Origin: Candidatus Aenigmatarchaeota archaeon
GTDB lineage: Archaea > Aenigmatarchaeota > Aenigmatarchaeia > CG10238-14 > JAGHAA01
Length of the DNA stretch: 38,490 nucleotides
Assembly: GCA_021161745.1 (NCBI GenBank)
Contig: JAGHAA010000024.1
Location: 1-38,490 of the forward strand
Direction: 5' to 3'
Part shown: piece after piece, positions 1-9,326 of the stretch
How positions within the stretch are numbered: the stretch's first letter is position 1
How the letters are laid out: each line of letters opens with the position of its first letter
Position numbers and translations under genes: made by a program
The notes under the pieces: generated by a model
Told to the model about the DNA's origin: nothing
Seen by the model: only the letters and a program-made list of their open reading frames with translations
The model's database searches: none

Positions 1-111
1 AACTTCATGACCAGCTCTTTGTTGAGCAGCAGCTAATTCTGTTACAACTCTTGATATACCACCGACGGTGATTGAATGCAAAGATTCCCAAGAAAAATGA
101 GCAATTTTCAT
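1..111 (-). CDS. glycogen/starch-synthase-like glycosyltransferase, first 37 codons only (gene runs off the window edge)
   Basis: Reverse complement of 1..111 reads MKIAHFSWESLHSITVGGISRVVTELAAAQQRAGHEV. This is a typical N-terminus of GT4/GT5 glycogen-synthase-type enzymes (..E..P...VGG(I/L)...v..La.al...GHEV). It is absent from the ORF track because it is truncated. It lies next to two GH57 genes. Confidence 0.55.
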   Translation of the reverse strand, partial: MKIAHFSWESLHSITVGGISRVVTELAAAQQRAGHEV

Positions 112-176
112 AAATCAAATCACCTGATTATCTTTCTATTTTTTGTATATAAAATTTATTCCTGATAGAAATTGTG

Positions 177-1415
177 TTAATCATTATTTTTTAACAAATT
201 TTCTACCATTTCTATCGTTTTTTCTGCTTGTTCGAACCAGAATGGAGAATTCCAATATGTATAACAACTCGTTTCTGCTATTAGCAGGTACTTTAAAATC
301 TTATTCCTTTTAGATTTTGACACATTTTGTTCAACGTTATGGAACATAATACTGAGTCTTTTTATCTTTTTGTTTATTTGTTGTCTCCTACCACCTTCTA
401 ACCATAATTGATGTCCACCTACCCATGATCCACCTACATCTTTTATCTTTATACAATCCATTTTTTTATCTGGGGAATCCTCTAAAAATTCTGAAAGAGT
501 TTTGGAGGATACGTTTTTGTAATTACTCTTAAAAAATGGTTCAAACGTTTCAGGGAAGAATTGATTCATCATAACATTTCCGTTTTCTCCATCAGATGCT
601 GGAACTACTATTAACGGTCTTTCATCTTTAACTATTCGAAGAGCTTCTTTACATTTAGATAGAACACATTTAGCGTCACAACCTGCCTGTTGGTCTATAA
701 AGTAGTAAGGAACTTTTATGAATGCAGTTATTTCTTCTTTCCCTACAACAAGCTTGTGAGGCTTTGTACACATATCGATTTGTTTTTCAAAACTTAAAGA
801 CTTGAATCCTTCGATAGCTTCCGGTGGTAGGAAAACCCATTCATATCCATTCTCTCTTAGAATTCTGATTAAATCTTTTAACCCATTTCTTTCACCCGGA
901 ATTCCCATTTCTGGGAACCAAAAACCTTTGACACGTTTTAAGCTTTTTTGTCCGAACAACTTTTTGAAAACTTTTTTCCATTCTATGATTTGGAGTTCCC
1001 AATCTTCTTTAGGTGTTGTAGGAAAGTAGGAATGAGAGTATGCTGTTCCAGCGAATTCCAAATTGTTGGGGTATTTCTTCAAAACTTTTTTGTAAAGTGA
1101 AATTATATCGCCGATAGTCTCGTTTTCGACTTTCAAAGTTTTTAGTAGCTTTCTCATTTTGTGTAGAGATTCTAAAAGTATTCCAGAAAAATCGACCATA
1201 ACTTTGGGGTCGTACCCGTCTTTCGAGAGTTGATACACATACTTTGCAGGATTCTTGTAAGCTCTTACTATGAGCTTTCCATCCCAATTTTCTTTTTGAT
1301 CGCTCGATGTGAGCATTTTTTCAAGATTGCTGATAAGGACTTCTCTTCCGTTTCTTTCCTGCCAAATTAAAGGTTGATGCATGTGAAGCCAAGGAACGTA
1401 GAAACATTTTTTCAT
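177..1415 (-). CDS. glycoside hydrolase family 57-like alpha-glucan-active enzyme
   Basis: 412-aa ORF. The N-terminal WLHMHQPL matches the GH57 region-I HQP motif. FWFPEMG and SDGENG resemble the nucleophile and acid/base regions. It sits in a glycogen gene context. Confidence 0.6.
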   Translation of the reverse strand: MKKCFYVPWLHMHQPLIWQERNGREVLISNLEKMLTSSDQKENWDGKLIVRAYKNPAKYVYQLSKDGYDPKVMVDFSGILLESLHKMRKLLKTLKVENETIGDIISLYKKVLKKYPNNLEFAGTAYSHSYFPTTPKEDWELQIIEWKKVFKKLFGQKSLKRVKGFWFPEMGIPGERNGLKDLIRILRENGYEWVFLPPEAIEGFKSLSFEKQIDMCTKPHKLVVGKEEITAFIKVPYYFIDQQAGCDAKCVLSKCKEALRIVKDERPLIVVPASDGENGNVMMNQFFPETFEPFFKSNYKNVSSKTLSEFLEDSPDKKMDCIKIKDVGGSWVGGHQLWLEGGRRQQINKKIKRLSIMFHNVEQNVSKSKRNKILKYLLIAETSCYTYWNSPFWFEQAEKTIEMVENLLKNND

Positions 1416-1549
1416 AATCTTTATTTTTCCATCATAAAGAAAAGAATATTATGGATCGTTTTGGTTTTGAAATTTTGCAAACGAAACGAAAGATAAGCTT
1501 AAAATTTCAACAAAAACGTATAGTTTTCTGGGAGAGAAAACTCTCAAAA

Positions 1550-2194
1550 ATGGTAAAAGATAAAGTGGTTCTTGACCCTTATGCATTTAAATCTGCAAAA
1601 AAACGAGATAAGACTATCTACCTAGTTTATAAGCTAGGTGAATCATTGGAATACTTTAAACGTCTGTCTGAAAAAACGGGTATGCATTTCGACATAACAC
1701 TTTTAAGGTCGGGAACTTTATCTGGTCGAGCTTCGGGCGAGCTAATATGCACTTATGGTCATAAGCACGAGGAGAATAGAGGAGAGCTCTACTTTGTTTT
1801 GAAGAATGAATGTATGATAGAACTTTACGATGAGACTTCTAGAGAAACTTTGGTTTTATCACTGCCTGAGAGATCATACATATTCATACATCCTAAATTC
1901 TTTCACCGCCTAATAGCAGGAAAAGAAGATTGTGTAGTGCTAGGCATAGTTCCAAAGGATGCTGGCCATGATTATTCTGTTGTTAAAAACAAAGGATTTC
2001 CATTCCACGTGTTTTACGACAGTAAAAGAGGCATGCTGAAATACGTCCATAATCCAAACTTTTCTGGCGTATCTCTTTTAATCGACAAAGTTTTGAGCAA
2101 AAGTAGTTTGACAGCTATCTTAAAAAGAATAAACACCTTTAGAAAATTACTATTCAACCCTAAAACGGGTAGGAGTATATACTACCTTGGTTAA
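1550..2194 (+). CDS. pgiA: cupin-type glucose-6-phosphate isomerase (cPGI)
   Basis: TYGHKHEENRGELY fits the cPGI signature TxGHxHx6-8E(V/L)Y. HPKFFHR...PKDAGHDYSVVKNKGF matches the second cPGI signature of the Pyrococcus/Thermococcus enzymes. The three-His-plus-Glu metal ligands are all present. The ORF track starts at ATG 1451, but the homologous part begins near ATG 1550, so the start is uncertain. Confidence 0.8.
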   Translation: MVKDKVVLDPYAFKSAKKRDKTIYLVYKLGESLEYFKRLSEKTGMHFDITLLRSGTLSGRASGELICTYGHKHEENRGELYFVLKNECMIELYDETSRETLVLSLPERSYIFIHPKFFHRLIAGKEDCVVLGIVPKDAGHDYSVVKNKGFPFHVFYDSKRGMLKYVHNPNFSGVSLLIDKVLSKSSLTAILKRINTFRKLLFNPKTGRSIYYLG

Positions 2195-2236
2195 ATTTAT
2201 TTATTCGCTGATGGAAATGAAGAATAAGGTGTTTAA

Positions 2237-3700
2237 ATGCCTGCGATTACCCTTAATTTTGAAGTTCATCAACCATTAAGATTGAAGCACTATCCTACTG
2301 GTTCAGAAGGTTTAAAGGACGAAGAACTTTTTGATCACTACATAAACAACGGGTTAAACAAATTCGTTTTCGATAGAGCTGCTAATAAATGCTATTGGCC
2401 TGCTACTAAGATTCTTGCAGAATTAGTGGATACGTTTAAAGGTCAAAAAAAAGAATTTAAATTTTCTTTTAATTTTTCTGGTGTTTGGATAGAACAATGC
2501 GAGAAGTGGCATCCAGACCTTCTTGATTTGATAAAACAACTGGCTCGATCCAAAAGAGTTGAAATACTCGGTAGCACTTACTATCATTCTCTCGCAAGTC
2601 TTTTTGATGACCATTCTGAGTTTATAGAGCAGATAGAGATGCAAACCCAACTGATGAAAGATTTGCTCGGTGTTAAACCAAAGATCTTTATGAATACCGA
2701 GATGATATACAACAACTTAATAGCAAAAACTGTAGAGGATTTGGGCTTTAAAGCAATATTTACTGAAGGAACAGAGAAAATCCTTGGTTGGAGATCTCCG
2801 AATTATGTCTATGTAAGAGGTTTAGCTCAGGAAAAAGATGCTCCACTGAAGAATCGAATAAGAGTTTTATTAAGAAATTATCGATTAAGCGATGACATAG
2901 GATATAGATTCTCTGCTAAATGGTGGGACCAATGGCCGCTTACTGCTGAAAAGTATGCGATATGGTTGTCTGCAACGGAAGGACAGGTAATAAACATCTT
3001 TATGGATTATGAAACGTTCGGAGAACATCATCCAGAAGAGAGTGGAATATTCTGGTTTTTGAAAGCTTTGCCGTGGAAAATATTCGAATGGGAGAATTTG
3101 GAGTTTCTAACTCCTTCTGAGGTCGTTAAAAAGTTTGAACCGGTAGGAGAGTTTGACGTCCCCGGCTGGTCTGCAATCTCTTGGGCCGATATGGAAAGAG
3201 ATACTTCAGCTTGGTTGGGAAATAGCATGCAACAGATGGCATTTGAAGAATTGAAAAAGCTCGAAAAGCCTGTAAAGGAGAGCGGTAATAAGTACCTCAT
3301 AAGATTATGGAGGTTGCTTTTGCAGAGTGATCATCTCTACTACATGTGTACAAAATGGTGGAATGATGGCGACGTTCATAAATACTTCTCACCATTCTCT
3401 ACTCCACACGACGGCTTCATAAGCTTGATAACCGCATTGTCTGACATAAAGCTTAGAGTGTATGCGGACAGAATAAAAAGAGAAGTTACGAAACCAAGAA
3501 AGGAAAAGGTTAGAAAAGTTTTGAAAAAACCAAAAATCCAAAAAAGAGGTGTAGAAAGGAAGATTAAACCTGAAACACAGGTCTCGACGAAAGCACAGGT
3601 CGTAAAAGAACTGAGTGACATAGAGTACTTACTAAAAGAGGAAGTTACTTATCCATCCATCGTAATCCATGATGTTGAAATAGAAAAATTAAATAAGTGA
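2237..3700 (+). CDS. GH57 alpha-amylase-like glycoside hydrolase with a Lys-rich C-terminal tail
   Basis: 487 aa. LNFEVHQPLR is GH57 region I. FMDYETFGEHH fits the DxExFGxH acid/base region. An AAGGTG Shine-Dalgarno site precedes the ATG. The last ~90 aa are K/R-rich and lie outside the catalytic fold. Confidence 0.7.
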   Translation: MPAITLNFEVHQPLRLKHYPTGSEGLKDEELFDHYINNGLNKFVFDRAANKCYWPATKILAELVDTFKGQKKEFKFSFNFSGVWIEQCEKWHPDLLDLIKQLARSKRVEILGSTYYHSLASLFDDHSEFIEQIEMQTQLMKDLLGVKPKIFMNTEMIYNNLIAKTVEDLGFKAIFTEGTEKILGWRSPNYVYVRGLAQEKDAPLKNRIRVLLRNYRLSDDIGYRFSAKWWDQWPLTAEKYAIWLSATEGQVINIFMDYETFGEHHPEESGIFWFLKALPWKIFEWENLEFLTPSEVVKKFEPVGEFDVPGWSAISWADMERDTSAWLGNSMQQMAFEELKKLEKPVKESGNKYLIRLWRLLLQSDHLYYMCTKWWNDGDVHKYFSPFSTPHDGFISLITALSDIKLRVYADRIKREVTKPRKEKVRKVLKKPKIQKRGVERKIKPETQVSTKAQVVKELSDIEYLLKEEVTYPSIVIHDVEIEKLNK

Positions 3701-3704
3701 AAGA

Positions 3705-6700
3705 TTAAGATGAGCAAATCTTCTTTTCCGTTTCATAAACGAGTTTTCTTGTTTTAAGAACAACGTCTGGGTTGACTGAAATGCTGTCTATTCCTTCTTT
3801 TATGAGGAATTCTGTTATTTCTGGGTACGTGCTCGGTGCCTGTCCGCAGATGGAAACTGTTACGCCTGCATCGTGTGCTTTTTCTATCAACATCTTTATT
3901 GCCTTCAAAACGGCCGGATTTCTTTCGTCAAAGTAACCCATCTTTCCGAGCAAACCAGAATCTCTGTCTATTCCTAATACGAGCTGTGTTAAATCGTTAC
4001 TACCTATACTAAACCCGTCGCAAAGTTTTGCAAATTCCTCTGCCAAGAAAACTATGCTTGGCACTTCTGCCATCAACCATACTTTAAAGTTTTTCTCTCC
4101 ACGCCTGAGTCCTTCTTCTTCCATTATCTTCAGAACTTTTTCAACTTCCCAAGTGGTTCTTACAAAAGGAAGCATCACCCATACGTTATCCAGACCCATC
4201 TCATCTCTGACTTTCTTTATCGCCTTACATTCAAGTCTAAACGCCTTCTCGAACTCTGGAGAGATGTAACGGCTTACTCCTCTCCAACCTAGCATTGGGT
4301 TATCCTCTTCTGGCTCATACTTTTTTCCACCTTTGAGAAGTCTGTACTCGTTCGTTTTGAAGTCGCTAAACCTTACAACAACAAAACGTGGGTATATTGC
4401 TTTGGCGACCATTGCTATGCCTTCAGCTAGTTTATCAACATACTTTTGCTCTTGGCCTATTTCTAACAAATAATTCGGATGCTCTCCGATGTAAGTCGCT
4501 ATTATGAATTCTATTCTCATCAAACCTATGCCTTCGAAAGGCAAATCTTTGTAGTCCTCTATCTTCTCTGGCACACCTAAGTTCATAAGAACCTTTGTTT
4601 TAGTTTTGAGTTTCTTTATTGCTTCTATTTCTTCAGGGCTTAATTCTTCCTTCTTTTCTCTTTCAATGATGTCCTCTATTTTGCCGGGATAGACAACCCC
4701 GTTCGTAGCATCAACAGTAACGACTTGACCATCTTTTAAAACTTTCGTTGCGTTCTCAGTTCCTACGATGCATGGTATACCGAGTTCTCTACTAACTATT
4801 GCAGCGTGACATGTTATGCCACCTTCATCAGTTATGATAGCTGAAGCTATTTTCATGTAAGGAACCCAATCAGGATTGGTCATAGTAGTAACGAGTACGT
4901 CTCCCTTTTCTAGTTTTTCTGCTTCTTGTAAAGTTTTTGCGACGATAACTCTACCTACAGCAGCTCCCGGAGATGCTGTCAAACCTTTTACTAAAGGTTT
5001 TATCTTCAACTTTTCTTCCTCTCTCCTTTTTTCGTAGAACACGGTTACAGGACGTGTTTGTAGTAAGAAAACTTTTCCATACTCGCTTGCCCATTCGAAA
5101 TCCTGAGGGAAGCCATAATGTTCTTCTAACTTCTTTGCTAATCCCCAGAGTTGATGGAGCTCATCTTCCGTTAAACATTCGATTTTTTGTAATTCCTTCG
5201 GGACTGATATTTCAACGAGTCCGCCCTTTTCTAGATCTGTGTACCGCATCGTAAGCTTATCTCCTACATGCTTCTCTACTACTTTACCCGTTTCCTTATC
5301 CAGTACATAAGTATCTGGATTTACAGACCCACTGACAACGCTTTCTCCCTGCCCCCATGAACCTTCTATCAGAATCTTGGTTTTATCGCCCGTAGAAGGG
5401 TGTATGGTAAACCCAACACCGGCTTTGTATTTACCAGCCAAGTAATCTTCTTTGCTTAAGGCACCAAGCTGCTTTTGCACAGGTACTGCTATTAAAACTT
5501 TTTCATGGGAAAAACCTTTCTGGTGTCTGTAGAAGGTTGCTCTTGCAGTAAAAAGGCTAGCCCAACATTTTTTAACACCCTCGACCACTTGTTCTGCTCC
5601 TTTCACGTTTAGTAAAGTTAGCTGTTGACCAGCGAAGCTTGCTGAATTATGCGTTATGATGCCTCCAGTTCCCGCAGCGAAGTTTTCGACGCCTGGAACG
5701 AAGAAATCATAAACATAACCACTGTATTCTCTTTCCTTAATACCTTTTACCTCATCCCAGTAAATTTCCTCAGGAACTATTTCGCTTAAGGAAATTCCGT
5801 ACTTTTCACTTAGAACTTTTTGCAATTTTTTAATACCAAAAACATCGTTAACGATTCCCTTATTCCAAGGAATCATTCCTTCCAAAAACCTTCCAAGTTC
5901 ATCATAACCTACGTACTTCAGTTCCTCTTTAACTATTACCTCGTTGCTGTAGAATGTTTTATGACAGTTCCTACAATAAAATCTTTCTCTACCCTTATAG
6001 TGGCTAGATTTTTCAACCTTGTTTTTGCAGTATGGGCATAAGTAGACTTTTACCTTTCTTTTTTGAAGCCTCTCTTCCAAGATTTTCCTAACGTGAGACG
6101 TTGGAAAAGGTAGTGTGTATATGAAATCATGATGTCTCTCACGACTTCCAAATTCTTTTGCTATTCTTTTAGCCTTCTCGAATTTTCTTCTATTTTCAAA
6201 CCCTACAATCCTTAAAAACTTCTGAGTGTCTCTAGTAAGTATCTTTATAGTTAAACTCTTTCCCTTTCTCCTTATGTAAAAGTCTATTCCGAGCACTTCT
6301 AAAAGCTTAGTTAGACCAGAGATCAAGCGTTTAGATGTGTTGTAAAAGGATACGTTGGTACTTTCAACGGTACCGTCCCCATCAAAACAACCTTTGACAA
6401 ATTCTGCTATGAACTTCTTTTCTGCATTAAAGACTATGTCTGGAACTAGTTTAACGTACCTACCCTTACCTTTTTTGCCGCTATCCTTTACTGCGATATT
6501 TTCAAGCAATTCCACTAACTTTTTGGAGTATAGCCTTAACTCATCTTTTTTAGTAGTGCTAACCCTTATTCCAAGTTTTTTAGCAAACGTTTTAATCCTT
6601 TCGACAACGGATTGATCGAAAACTGATAGGATGATGGACCTTGAGTGCTTGTCTACCGTTCCGTCGGCGGCAAAGATACCAAAAAAGTAGAAGAAATCTT

Positions 6701-7496
6701 CATCCAAGTTTAAGTTATCCATGTTTACTGGAAGTAACTCTTTAAGCTTCTTACGATTAAGTGGTTTTAATTCTAACCTTCTGGTTACGGGAACTCTAAC
6801 TTTTTTACCTATTGCATCCTTTGTTTTTTGAAGAACTTTTGGCTTAAACGATTTTTCATCTAAAATTATTAACGAATGGTTCGGAGAAACAACAACTCTT
6901 CTTCCACTTTTAGTCATTATCTCATAAAGTTTATCGTTGCAAGGATGTCTATAAACTTCTTTAACTCTCTTCCAAACAACTCTTCCATTTTCCATCGAAG
7001 GGACTTCAAGTATACAGTCTTCACTATTAAACTTTTCCCAGAGTTCGTCCATCGTAAGATGTCTAACAACGCCGTTAATCCTAACTAATACAAATTCGTC
7101 TCCAGCTATGCTAGGTAAATCCTCAGCTGTGGCTGAACTACGGATTGCGACCCATTCCTCTTCTTTTCCAAATTCTTGTGAGAGTTGTTTGTAGGCTTTA
7201 ACTATTTCTTCCTTGATTTCTTGTGGCATCTCAGTTTCCTCTATGAGCTTTCTTATGCTTGCAGTTTTTTCCTCTAAGTCCTTTGGATTGCTGTAATCTA
7301 TAGTTTCAAGTATGCTAAATATCTTACTCCTTATACGAGTAACGTCCAAAAAGTGCTTGTAAGCTTGAGCAGTGACTATGAAAGCGTTTGGCACAGGTAA
7401 ACCAGCGTTATACATCTCACCCAAATTTGCTCCTTTACCTCCAACTTCTGGTATGTCATCTTTTATTATGTCTTTGAGAAATTTTACGAACTTCAA
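3705..7496 (-). CDS. ppsA: phosphoenolpyruvate synthase (pyruvate, water dikinase) interrupted by a 489-aa intein
   Basis: Motifs present are VGGKGANLGEM, SSATAEDLP / SASFAGQQ, the TTMTNPDW..GGITCHAAIVSRELGIP phosphohistidine domain, and the C-terminal PEP-utilising TIM barrel (GSNDLTQ). The extein totals about 786 aa counted from the ORF-track start. The ORF track starts at TTG 7532. TTG 7496 is preceded by TAAGGAGGGGGAGT and gives the usual N-terminus M-KFVKFLKDIIKDDIPEVGGKGANLGEM. Confidence 0.9.
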   Translation of the reverse strand: MKFVKFLKDIIKDDIPEVGGKGANLGEMYNAGLPVPNAFIVTAQAYKHFLDVTRIRSKIFSILETIDYSNPKDLEEKTASIRKLIEETEMPQEIKEEIVKAYKQLSQEFGKEEEWVAIRSSATAEDLPSIAGDEFVLVRINGVVRHLTMDELWEKFNSEDCILEVPSMENGRVVWKRVKEVYRHPCNDKLYEIMTKSGRRVVVSPNHSLIILDEKSFKPKVLQKTKDAIGKKVRVPVTRRLELKPLNRKKLKELLPVNMDNLNLDEDFFYFFGIFAADGTVDKHSRSIILSVFDQSVVERIKTFAKKLGIRVSTTKKDELRLYSKKLVELLENIAVKDSGKKGKGRYVKLVPDIVFNAEKKFIAEFVKGCFDGDGTVESTNVSFYNTSKRLISGLTKLLEVLGIDFYIRRKGKSLTIKILTRDTQKFLRIVGFENRRKFEKAKRIAKEFGSRERHHDFIYTLPFPTSHVRKILEERLQKRKVKVYLCPYCKNKVEKSSHYKGRERFYCRNCHKTFYSNEVIVKEELKYVGYDELGRFLEGMIPWNKGIVNDVFGIKKLQKVLSEKYGISLSEIVPEEIYWDEVKGIKEREYSGYVYDFFVPGVENFAAGTGGIITHNSASFAGQQLTLLNVKGAEQVVEGVKKCWASLFTARATFYRHQKGFSHEKVLIAVPVQKQLGALSKEDYLAGKYKAGVGFTIHPSTGDKTKILIEGSWGQGESVVSGSVNPDTYVLDKETGKVVEKHVGDKLTMRYTDLEKGGLVEISVPKELQKIECLTEDELHQLWGLAKKLEEHYGFPQDFEWASEYGKVFLLQTRPVTVFYEKRREEEKLKIKPLVKGLTASPGAAVGRVIVAKTLQEAEKLEKGDVLVTTMTNPDWVPYMKIASAIITDEGGITCHAAIVSRELGIPCIVGTENATKVLKDGQVVTVDATNGVVYPGKIEDIIEREKKEELSPEEIEAIKKLKTKTKVLMNLGVPEKIEDYKDLPFEGIGLMRIEFIIATYIGEHPNYLLEIGQEQKYVDKLAEGIAMVAKAIYPRFVVVRFSDFKTNEYRLLKGGKKYEPEEDNPMLGWRGVSRYISPEFEKAFRLECKAIKKVRDEMGLDNVWVMLPFVRTTWEVEKVLKIMEEEGLRRGEKNFKVWLMAEVPSIVFLAEEFAKLCDGFSIGSNDLTQLVLGIDRDSGLLGKMGYFDERNPAVLKAIKMLIEKAHDAGVTVSICGQAPSTYPEITEFLIKEGIDSISVNPDVVLKTRKLVYETEKKICSS
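5646..7112 (-). mobile_element. class-1 intein with LAGLIDADG homing-endonuclease domain and an extra CxxC...CxxC zinc ribbon
   Basis: The insert sits between AEDLP and SASFAGQQ of PpsA. Ser1 starts SIAGDEFVLV (block A). Block B is SPNH. The LAGLIDADG motifs are FFGIFAADGTV and FVKGCFDGDGTV. Blocks F/G are YVYDFFVPGVENFAAGTGGIITHN, followed by the +1 Ser. The zinc ribbon is CPYCKNKVEKSSHYKGRERFYCRNC. Confidence 0.85.
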
Positions 7497-7544
7497 ACTC
7501 CCCCTCCTTATATATTTCTTACCATCAATCAATAATTTCTATTA

Positions 7545-8321
7545 GTGAATATTATGGATCCTCTTAAAAAAAAGCGTAAGCGTCTGAAGAAATTTTTTTC
7601 TAAAGACGGGAAAACAGTTTTGTTGGTTTTTGACCATGCTGTCGAGCATGGCCCACATAACTATGAAGGTGTAGACTTAACGCCTCTAAGGATTGCTGAA
7701 ATAGCTGTTTCTGGCGGTGCAAAAGGTGTGATTCTACATGCCGGTTCTGCCAAACTGGTAAAGCAATTCTATCCAGAATTGCCGGTGATAGTTAAGATTA
7801 CAGGAAGAACGAGCTTAACCCCTACTATGGTGCAAGAAATAGTCACGACTGTGGAAGAGGCTGAAAGAGTTGGAGCAGATGGCATAGCTATGACTGTTTA
7901 TGTCGGTGCAACGTATGAGCATAAGATGTTAAGAAACTTGGCAGAAGTAAAGAAGGAGTGTTATGAAAGAGGCCTTCCTTTGTTCACTTTCATGTACCCT
8001 CGTGTAAAAGACAAAAAAACAACAGAAGAAAAGTACGTGAGGTACGCTGCAAGGTTGGGTGCAGAATTAGGAGTAGATGTCGTCAAGACTTACTATACAG
8101 GCGATAAAAAGAGTTTTTCCAAAGTTGTGAAAGATTGTTTCGTTCCACTGGTTTGTGCTGGTGGATTAAAGACAAAAACTGTTGAGGATTTCCTTAAAAA
8201 AGTTGAAACTGTAATGGAAGCTGGAGCAAGTGGTTTGGCTGTGGGAAGGAACGTTTGGATGAGGGAAAATCCCATAGAAGTTCTAAAACAAGTCGTAAAA
8301 AGAGTTATAAAAGGTGAATGA
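7545..8321 (+). CDS. fba: class I (archaeal DhnA-type) fructose-1,6-bisphosphate aldolase
   Basis: 258 aa. The opening GKTVLLVFDHAVEHGP and the TIM-barrel pattern (VVKTYYTGD, AGGLK, GLAVGRNVW) are typical of archaeal class IA FBA. GTG 7545 or ATG 7554 could be the start. Confidence 0.75.
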   Translation: MNIMDPLKKKRKRLKKFFSKDGKTVLLVFDHAVEHGPHNYEGVDLTPLRIAEIAVSGGAKGVILHAGSAKLVKQFYPELPVIVKITGRTSLTPTMVQEIVTTVEEAERVGADGIAMTVYVGATYEHKMLRNLAEVKKECYERGLPLFTFMYPRVKDKKTTEEKYVRYAARLGAELGVDVVKTYYTGDKKSFSKVVKDCFVPLVCAGGLKTKTVEDFLKKVETVMEAGASGLAVGRNVWMRENPIEVLKQVVKRVIKGE

Positions 8322-9326
8322 ATGAAAAGGTTTGACGTAGTAGGTGTTGGTTCCTTAGTCGTAGACTTCTTTACGGATTCACCTTATCTCATCATCGAAA
8401 TGTCCTACTGGAAGAAAGAAACTTTTATAGCTCTTCCAACAGGCAAAACGTTGTCAAGAGTTGTAATGAGAGGTGGCGGGTCTTCTGGCAATACAATAGC
8501 TTATCTTTCAAAGCTCGGATTAAAATGCGGATATTTTACTAAATTAGGTTATGACACTCTTTCCCAGTTTTTAATAGACGATTTAAGTTCATTTGGTATC
8601 GATACGAGTGGTATACTAAGGGAAAGAGGCTTAGAAGCTGGAAAGTCCATAATAGTCTCATCAAAAGGTTTAAAAGACCATGCTCTTGTCGTCGACCATG
8701 GGGCTTCTGATTTTCTTACAAAGAAAGATGTCGAGAAGAAACTTGAATATGTCATGTCTGCTGAATGGATAGATTTGACGAGTTTTACGAGCAAGGCTGC
8801 AATAGAAGCTATGATGTACTTGGTAAAAAAGATAAAAGATTCCGTTAAAATATTCTTCGCTCCAAGCAAAACGATGATAAGTGTGTTTCCGAAAGAGACT
8901 TTGAAAATTCTAAAAATATCTAACGCGGTTTCGTTGAACGAAGAGGAAGCGATGATTTTAACAAAAAAGAATGATTTAATTTCTGTGCTCAAGATGTTCA
9001 AAAAAATCGGTTTACAGGCTTTCATAACTAGAGGTAAAGATGGTATTGTTGCTTTGTTCGATGGGAAAGCGTATAAAATAGGCTCTTACAAAGTCAGAGA
9101 CGTAAAGAACACGACTGGGGCTGGGGATGTTGCGGCCGCATGGTTTCTGTATGGACTGAAAACTGGCATGGACATTAAAAAAATACTGAATTACGCCTCC
9201 GTCGCGGCTGCATTTCATGTCAGGAGTAATGTTGTCGGAGGGCATGAAGGATTGCCAACGAGAAGAGAAATAGAAAGATACCTTAAAAAAGTAAGAGATT
9301 TACCAGTAAGGGAAATAAAGCTTTAG
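8322..9326 (+). CDS. PfkB-family sugar kinase, candidate ATP-dependent 6-phosphofructokinase
   Basis: GGSSGNT, NEEEA (NxxE) and TGAGDVAAAWF (the TGAGD catalytic motif) are present. The ATG immediately follows the fba stop codon, indicating translational coupling. Substrate is inferred from context only. Confidence 0.7.
   Translation: MKRFDVVGVGSLVVDFFTDSPYLIIEMSYWKKETFIALPTGKTLSRVVMRGGGSSGNTIAYLSKLGLKCGYFTKLGYDTLSQFLIDDLSSFGIDTSGILRERGLEAGKSIIVSSKGLKDHALVVDHGASDFLTKKDVEKKLEYVMSAEWIDLTSFTSKAAIEAMMYLVKKIKDSVKIFFAPSKTMISVFPKETLKILKISNAVSLNEEEAMILTKKNDLISVLKMFKKIGLQAFITRGKDGIVALFDGKAYKIGSYKVRDVKNTTGAGDVAAAWFLYGLKTGMDIKKILNYASVAAAFHVRSNVVGGHEGLPTRREIERYLKKVRDLPVREIKL

Noticed and set aside
802-1287. 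ORFs at 802..1029 (+) and 1009..1287 (-) overlapping the first GH57 gene.
   Set aside because: They are alternative-frame or antisense shadows of a 412-aa conserved ORF and have no independent support.
1531-1544. The small hairpin GAGAG-AAAA-CTCTC just upstream of the probable PGI start.
   Set aside because: The stem is only 5 bp and the hairpin occurs once. It is too weak to call a regulatory structure.
1451-1549. The N-terminal 33-codon extension of the cupin PGI ORF.
   Set aside because: Similarity to cPGI begins after Met34. The extension is basic and low-complexity and probably belongs to the divergent promoter region. It is kept as an alternative start only.
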